From Aplysia californica (lineage: Eukaryota), in NCBI RefSeq assembly GCF_000002075.1, contig NW_004797273.1, forward strand, positions 4,036,457-4,099,879: a stretch of DNA of 63,423 nucleotides, written 5' to 3'. Position numbers and translations under genes: made by a program. The notes below the pieces were generated by a model. That model did no database searches. It worked only from the letters and a program-made list of their open reading frames with translations, and was not told the DNA's origin. Of the stretch, positions 55,341 to 63,423 are shown one piece after another; within the stretch, counting starts at the first letter, position 1, and the number at the start of each line of letters is the position of its first letter.

Positions 55341-58300
55341 CACACTACCACAAAATGCCAAAGACCCAGGAAGTTGTGTCACCAACAAGGCAATCCCCAA
55401 TGTCCGGAACTGATGAGGGAACAACTTTACTTTTTTCATCAATGCAATTTACAGTTTTGGTGGTAGACGATTTCTGTTCTGTCTATTACTGTCGGGTACC
55501 CGGATATATGCCAAGGACACAGTCTACTACAAAGACAATAAAAGAGCTACATGTGGCAACCCAACTCGACATCTTACAGTTGAAGAGATTAAACATGATA
55601 ACAACACCACAGATACCCATCACATTGAGTGTCCCTACAGACTTTCCTGACCTGAAAGTTAAATAATATGTGTCGTTATTATCTGGTGTTCACATGAATA
55701 TCACTTTTTTATTGAGTAAGAAGAACAGGAAGTGGAAAAAACATTCTTTATGAACCATCACAAAAATTCTAAAAATACATGTTTAATTTTTTTAAAACAA
55801 AAGAAAAACAAAACTCCATACACACCCAATATTCCTCCTCTTGTGGGTACAAAATAAACACACAAAAAAGAAATAGAACATGAATTATCCATTACAAAGG
55901 TTGTATTCTGTGCACTGCTAGCAGGAAAATATTGTTCTCAATAAGGGCTGAAACAAGGGGTTATTTGTACCGTACTACGGAAGGTTCGTTTTTGAAAGAA
56001 ATTCCGACATAGTTTTGTGGAACTTTGGGCAGCCAGAAAGTTTGGATTCAAGACAAATCATGCACCCAAGCAAGGGTCTGGCATAGTGCAACTTCATGTA
56101 TCAACTTACTTGCATTTTTTTCTCTTGTTTTTTGTACCTTTGTAGTGTCTTCCCGAATGTTTTATTACATTTTAAAATATCTAATCTATTAGTATTTGGT
56201 GCAAAAATAAATGTATTGTCTTTGATTGGCATTAATTATGAATGCATCATGAAAATATAAAGCAAAATGGGAATACACATGTGAGAGATAGAAGTTTGCC
56301 ACCAAATGCCATATATGAAAAATATTTTAAATCAGTATACAATTGGGAATAAGTCTTAAATCGCACATAACGCACCACGGAAACTTGAACCATTCATGCA
56401 AAAATACAAAACACTAATTAAGAAAATCAATAATTCACCCAGTCAAATAATCTTTCAAATAGCAATAGATATGGATAGATGCTTCATTTTCAAACCGTAT
56501 TGGCAACTGAAAAATGTTCCATGAACATTTCTTTTATATTGGTAGCAACTGAAATTTTATTGCAAAACAATGAGTTGAAAAACTAATAATACGGATATAT
56601 GCAAAGAAGTAATAACCAATAATTTTGTCTCCCACCTTATATGTCCATCAATCTTAGCATATTAGAGAGATATATATAATATGCTCATCCAACCCACAAA
56701 GTCTGAAAGGAACAAATTCATGTATTCATATAAACAAAGTGAGTACAAGAATACGAAGAAGAAAAAAACGAGACACAAAAGACCACTGAACCAAAGACCA
56801 CTGAATCCCCCGGCAGTTTTGCCATTAGCATCCTCTCAGACCCAGCACACCAGCAAACTGCTCACAAGTTACATTCACAGTCCACAGTCTACTGACACCT
56901 CATAACTCAAGCCTCCATTACAAACAAATTATATGACCACTCACTTAGCCACAGTAGTAAAGGTAACTCTCATTCGAATTCGAAAGAAATTGTTGACGAT
57001 TGCTCTGTCACTTTTATTACTAGCAAGTGCAAGTGTCATTTCCTTTGTTAGAAATACAAAATTAGTGTACAGCTTCATTATAGTTTGTATTGTTAAGATT
57101 TACATACATGATATTAAAAAAGAAAAGATTATATTTGTCCAAATCAAAAGTAATTAAATGGCACAAGCTTTTCCCATGACCATTAAAGCATAGGACTACA
57201 GGACCAACCCACAGCACTAAATTCTGAAAGGACAACAGGACCAACCCACAGCACTAAATTCTGCACACAAAAAAGCCTAAAAACAAAGAAACCAAAGCAG
57301 TACTGACATAACATAATCGGAGGAAGCAGAAGAGACTGAACTACTGAAATGCTAGCCGTCTCCCTAGCATGTTACTTTACTGATGACAATGCATTTATAG
57401 AGCATGATCTTTACAAAGACAAACTGGGCTTTCTTCTACAGAAGAAGACCAATGTGTTTATATTGGGAAGCCTTTAAGATGAGATTTTCAGGTAGCTTAT
57501 TTCTTGCAACATTAAGAATTTTAAGTGGCACAGATTTTATTAATTTTTTAGTCGAGTAAACTGCATATACGGTACTTGATCTGATTTTACTATACTAAAA
57601 TGCTCAGCCATCGGAGAAAATTGGCACTTAGAATCAAAACAGTGTTATTACTTTTACAGAGCAGCAATTCTGTGGAAATGGGGCGATTACATCATGAAGA
57701 GTCGGCTTCAGCTGTAGTAGGCCTACATGAGAAAGTGCGAGCCAGTATGGTTGGACGTAAAATCTTCACAGTCATAGGAAATGGATGCTTCATAAAACTA
57801 AATTGTGTTTCAGGATACTTAACTTGCTGCCACCTAGAAAAATATTGAAAAACTCAGTTCCTGCTTCAAGCCTAAAAGAGTCAGTCACACTCGGGTAATC
57901 AAATATATTGGTGGAACCTTCACAAAGTCTAGAAAGTGACAGACAGGTGATGCGGATTATCAAGGACAGCAGTTCAAGTGTGGTCCAGCCTTCTATGTAA
58001 ATGCTAAAAGAGTCACACAATCGCACAACTGTCCACATTATTCAGACAAAAACTGTAGGCCCTACTTTCTATTGCTCCAGCAACTCTCCTCTCTTTGTAC
58101 AAGCACGTTAAGAATGAGGACATGGAATTCATAAACATTTACAAAAAAAGGCATACTTCAAACTCAATTTTCTCCCCCCCCCCCCCCCCCCCCCCCCTTC
58201 TGAATCTAATGAACCAGATGAATAAAAAAAAATGTCTTGCCTGGTTCTAAGAACTACTGCAGATGTCTCAGTTCCAATTCTCTTCTTGCCACAAAAAGTG

Positions 58301-60526
58301 ATGAGAACGGCATAATAAAAAAAGTAAATTAATTCTCGCCCATTACAGACATCGTCCCTGTCACAAGAGTCTATTTGTCACTTTAGCACAAGAATACATC
58401 ACCATGCTTTCTGGAAAGTCCCATGAATATTGGTCTGTGGCAGGGGAGGGTGGAAATTGGTAAACAACATCTGTACATTCTAAAAACACAAGAAACAGTT
58501 CAACTGGAACCACAACATACAACATTTACCACAGAGAAGCATATTACTACATTTTACCTGAACTGCATGCACCTCACATTTACAACAGGGATTCTAAACC
58601 ATACAAAATAACACTTCCCTGTAAAGAAATGTTAAACTTGTTATTTTCTTTTAACAGGAATGTTTGACTTTTCATGACAAGTAACTTTAGTGGGGTACCA
58701 CTTTTAATATTCTCAGTTTCCTTGGTAATCACATGCACAATAAAAAAAAGAACATGTCAATTTAAATAAAGTGAACTTCATTCAGAGCAGGAGCCTCCAG
58801 ACACTGACTCTATCATCACGCCAAGATGATACTAGTGCACACTACTAGTTTGCAGATACCATGAATATAAGCAATGGTCACTTTCTTGAAAAGCATCACC
58901 TCTAAGTTTAAAGTTAAAGAAAATTTCAGAACAGTGAATTTCTCCACATGATCAATTCAGCAAAAAAGTACATACTTAATGTGTATCAAGCAACATTTGC
59001 ATGAATCTTTTGAGCATGTATTGAAACTTTTTAAACAATCTCTTCTTTACAAATTAAAAAAGGGCACCATTTATGGAGGGAGGAAAAACCAAAGGTTCTC
59101 ACTAGTGCCTCCCCAACATTTCAGGGTGAACAGAACTAAAAGTTGATTCTTTGCCTTTGTTGATGCACCGGTATTGAAGACCATAAAGTCAGAAACTGGT
59201 CCAAGCAAGCACCTACGTTTAGTAACCAGATGGGAAGGCTACAATAAGAAAAAAAATGAAATATTTCTTATCTTTGAGTACAGTAACATGTCAAAGGCGC
59301 AAAAAATTTCAGCATGTGGCAATAAGCAAGTATTGTGCACATTTGTGACATAAGGCATATCTCCAAACTCACTCTATGACAATGTGTCCAAAGGCTTAAT
59401 CATTATTGTAAAGTTTGTTTAAGTCTAAGCTTCAATTTTAACAGCCCACAGGACAGCTTGAAAAAGTGCATGATGCTTTCAGTTCTTTCAGCAAATTATT
59501 GAGTCAGACAAATAGTTTGACCAAGGCTCACTTGCACACCAAACACAAGAGTGAGTTTTCAGAAAGAGGAAAAACTCAACAAAAGCCTCTAGCTGTTTGA
59601 GCTGGGCAGCATGTTTACAGGAACCTACATCACGCCAGAGAGTCCATAGATATATATTACAACTCAGACAAACAAATGAGGGAATCACATTTATTACTGG
59701 TAACATTCATTTACATACTCATATCCTCAAACCTCTGCAATATTCCCACAAAACAGTCGGTAGCAGTATGATACTCTTTCTGCACGAAGTCAGAAACTGA
59801 CCAACCGATTTTCTGATTACTATTCTGACAAGAAAAGTGTAACAAAAAGAGGAATTTTTTTTCTACCTTTCAAGCATTACCAAATTATTCCCCGAAATAA
59901 TCAATTTTATATCAAATGAACTCACAACATTACAAGCTTGACCAGATTAAAAATACTAATGAGGAGTTTGACATTTTTGTCTCATGAGAGCATTTTTGCT
60001 GAAGTTATAAAGCAAGACCAGCTTTCCAAATACATACAATTAACTCTGATCAAGGACTTGAAAAGTCCACATACATTGTAATAAAGGGCAATGAAATGAC
60101 TGCTTTCAGATAAGGGACATGACGTTGTGAATAAATGACAGCTTTAAATATGTATATACAGGACGCTTGCTTCAGGCACCCAGGTCTGGAATTTGTTCAT
60201 AAATTCCACAGCAAGACATATCCTTTGTATCTGATAAAATTGTGGAAATCTTTTCCAACATTCCATCAGTCTCAGACCTATGCACAAGTGATACAAGAAA
60301 AAACCCACCCATCACAAAAGAAAGAAAAAATCAGATTTATCACATTGGATTTAGATCAAAAGTTTTCATACCATGGTGGCAGACATTTGAAAATAAACAC
60401 AAACAGGAAAGGGAAAACAAAGTAGAAGCAAATAATTCTTCCTCAATTTGAGGATTTCCTACCAAATGCAGATAGCAGAACACGTCATGATATTAATATA
60501 AAGGGTCCTGTTGTCTGAGTATTTAT

Positions 60527-61923
60527 TTAGTCCATCTTTGAGACTTCAAACTTTTGGTTCATGATTTCTTCATCAGAGTCCAAGGCAGGAAGAAGTCTGA
60601 AAAAAACAACAACAAAGATTGGGAAATCAAAAAGATTTAAATCATTCCATATAAAGGGGCAGGGGAAGGCAGTACCCTAGAGGAAAAGTGCTTGACTTTC
60701 AGGCCACAGTTCTAGGTTTACTCCTGGGTATGTGCACACATGGTTGCTGCATTATGTTGGTTACTTTTTTCGTCAAGTCAAAGCAAAGGACGGATGTGAT
60801 CAAGTGACATAATTAGTCTTGTCAGATATGGTTACTGGAAGAAACACATGCGGGTCCCACACAAAACACAGTACACAACGACATCCATTTTTCGTTTTTG
60901 ACATAATTCACTTTGAGCATTATTATTTCCCACCATAAGGAAACTGTTGCTGTACACAAGAGTATTGACAGAAAGCAAATCAAGGCACTAACAATAGTAA
61001 AATAAAGGAAACCAAGAGATGGACCATGCCCATGTCACATATTAATCTTTCTGTTAGTATCTGATGTTCTTTACTATCAATCATGTTGCGGTTCTCACTC
61101 CAAAAAGAAGACTCCTATTTCTTTCTTTTTTTTTATAGTAGAGGGTTTTACGGCACTCGCAACTGCATTAGGTCATATGAGCGCCAAGGGGTGGGTGTCA
61201 ACAGAGAAATCCTTACAGGGAATCAGACTTACTCTGCTCACCTCTCTAGCTTCAACAGCACAAGGTCTGCTTCGACTATAAAGGCACCCCGGAAATAGCA
61301 GGAAATTTCAAGGTCGGCATGGATCTGATAAACAGACCTGAGAACGCTAAGCATGAAATGTGAGGCACATAGCTATCAGCTTTTCATTTTTGTATCTCCA
61401 CAAAGATCATAACCGACAAAATATCGTTTTGCGTTTAACAGAAGCTAACTAGCTATTCTTCAGAAAGTTCACTTACTTGTCAGCCAGTGAAGATGGAATA
61501 TTTTCTTCAACCCACTTAAGGTCATCCTCCTGAAAACAAACAAGTGAAGCAATGCATGAGACAACACAGAAGTCTACACTCAAAGCAAAAAATGTACCCA
61601 TAACATTACAAATGATAACATTTAAAGGCCAGTAACTTTCCTGGCATTGGCACGAGTGACTGCAAAGCCCTAGACCATGAAAAGTCAGAAATTCTCATAG
61701 CTTGAGTTTCAGAAACTATGTCCTCATATTGTTTTAAATGTCCCTTTTACAAGCTAAATAATCACATTTGAAGGATAAATTGAAACAGATTTAAAAAACA
61801 AACAAATAGAACAATCTCGTCAGATTTCTGTCAAAGTACAAACCATCTTTCTCTCTGTGTCCTCAAATCCGCGTGGAGAGCCATTCCTCTGCTGAGTCTT
61901 AGTGGTGCGCATCTTCATGCCCT
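60527..61923 (-). CDS. TMEM87A: Transmembrane protein 87A (GOST family), last three coding exons; gene continues beyond the window
   Basis: Exons 61844-61923, 61477-61529, 60527-60596 splice in phase to GMKMRTTKTQQRNGSPRGFEDTERKM-EDDLKWVEENIPSSLADK-LLPALDSDEEIMNQKFEVSKMD*, matching the recalled TMEM87A C-terminus (GMKMRS...EDDLKWVEENVPSS...LPALLDSDEE...FERSKME). Confidence 0.88.
61128..61300 (-). mobile_element. 5'-truncated copy of the headless retroposon in a TMEM87A intron
   Basis: Matches the 3' half of 19425-19817. Confidence 0.75.
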
Positions 61924-62154
61924 CTGTGGAAAGCAGTAAGTGTCAAATTGTTTTGATACGAGTTTTGCGGCACTTGCAACACAATAAGGTCATATAAGTA
62001 AGGGGGTCGTTAGCCTGCTGGTCAGGTGCTTGCCTCTTCAGCAAAAGTATCTGGTTCAAACCCAGGTTTGTGTAGTCATGGACAACCCGGGCCTTTATCT
62101 TAAGTAATTCTATATTTTTCAAACTGGTATCCAACAGTGACAAAAAATTATATA

Positions 62155-63000
62155 CAGTGTTGCCTCTCTATAACGACATCGTTTGGACCAGAAAAAATGT
62201 CGTTATAGAGAGGCCACGAAGGAGCTTAGAACTAATGGAGCCTCCTCTCTGTCTTTGCGGCGCCACGAGCAGCACGTCGAGGTGAGGAGCAAATATGGCC
62301 GCCGACTGTGGTCTAAATCACGAACTGCAGTGTTTCTTTTTATAGAATCTTATTAGGTAGCGTAAACATGGCCCCGCGGGCACTCGCGGCCTTCCGACCG
62401 CGTGGTATCGGTGAAATCGGGGTAATTCCGATCGCTGTTTCTTTGCTCTTTCGCTATAAAACACCAAGTGCCATACACCTTGTAAAAGTTCAGCTTTTCC
62501 TCGTTACAAAGGTGTAAGTTGTTTTTATGTCCGATTAGTAGGAGCTGGAAAATCGCCGACGAAAGCGAAGCCCCTCGCGGTCGGAATGCGTGGTCGGCCG
62601 GTTGAAAAATTGACACGGGTGCATTCAAATGCTTCGCGGAACGAGGAATGATTAAATACCATCTTTTCATTGGCGGAGAACTGTAGAGCTTTAAACGGGC
62701 TTTACCGTGGTATGTGTTTTGCCTTTGGCGTCTAAATAGAAAGCTTTTAAAAATACTTTCAAAATGTTTAAAGCTCACTTTTTACCCATAATATGTCAAA
62801 TACCGGCTTAAAAAATATATTTAATAAAAGATCAGCTTATTTTCTATTAGAATAAAGTAATCAGTTTGAAATTATTTTTTATCAATCCTTCCGCGAGACT
62901 CAGAAAGCATGTGACCCCGCACGCGGGGTACACTACAGTATAGAGCTGACTCGCTTGCCGTGGGGCCCGGTGCGGCGCCGGCGGGTCAACGCTCGGTGTT
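62155..63000. mobile_element. Probable DNA-transposon fragment(s)
   Basis: TA|CAGTGTTGCCTCTCTATAACGAC..GTCGTTATAGAGAGG Tigger-like left end followed by CpG-rich non-coding sequence; right end not identified. Confidence 0.4.
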
Positions 63001-63423
63001 TTTGTTGAAATAACGACAGATCATCGTGTTTGAGGCGATAAAGTACTGATTTGTAATGATCTCAGTCTTGAAAAAAATTAGGCTCAATATATTTGTTATA
63101 GTGATTGTACTCTGTTAATGTGGAGATGTTTAGTGCTCTTGGTACTCTTTTATTGTCTGTCAAACATGGTGTTGCAGCCAGTGACTGACTTTAACAAATT
63201 TGATCATATTTTAAACAACTACCATTTTCTTAAAAAATAGTTAAAAAATGGTACCAAAATGCTCAGTGGATATAGGCCTTTCAAATGGAACTGATAAATT
63301 TGGCGTACAACTACTTTGAAAATTTAGTTTCTGGTACCTAATCTTATCGGGCTGGGCCATGTTGTGGGGGTGGGTGGGGTGGGCGGGGTGGGAGAATGCA
63401 CGCAAGGAAGAGGGGATGGGGCT

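Noticed and set aside
54909-55666. Overlapping 75-177-aa ORFs
   Set aside because: They overlap a degenerate SINE and AT-rich UTR-like DNA; no protein-like features.

Overview
Eukaryotic (animal) draft-assembly DNA with N-gaps, spliceosomal introns, microsatellites and dense SINE/MITE content. The sea-hare egg-lectin homologue and the SINE types point to a gastropod, probably Aplysia (inference). Genes reconstructed by hand from GT-AG junctions and reading phase: (1) the 3' part of a + strand cyclic-nucleotide-binding-domain (CNBD2-like) gene, 2484-11282, with some exons probably lost in gaps; (2) nested antisense in one of its introns, a 2-exon, 3-domain ADEL-type egg lectin gene (3826-5025) with an in-frame TAA at the end of domain 1; (3) complete 14-exon TMEM62 (- strand, 27809-45429, 648 aa); (4) complete 3-exon TRMT61A (+ strand, 46002-50933, 346 aa), head-to-head with TMEM62; (5) the last three exons of TMEM87A (- strand, 60527-61923). 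Repeats include tRNA-headed Nin/Deu-domain SINEs, CORE-SINEs, a ~390-bp headless retroposon sharing the Nin-SINE 3' tail, RTE and I-clade LINE remnants, a mariner remnant, several MITE families and minisatellites. No prokaryotic system, CRISPR array or genuine tRNA/rRNA gene is supported. Protein family identifications rest on recalled motifs, not on a database search.
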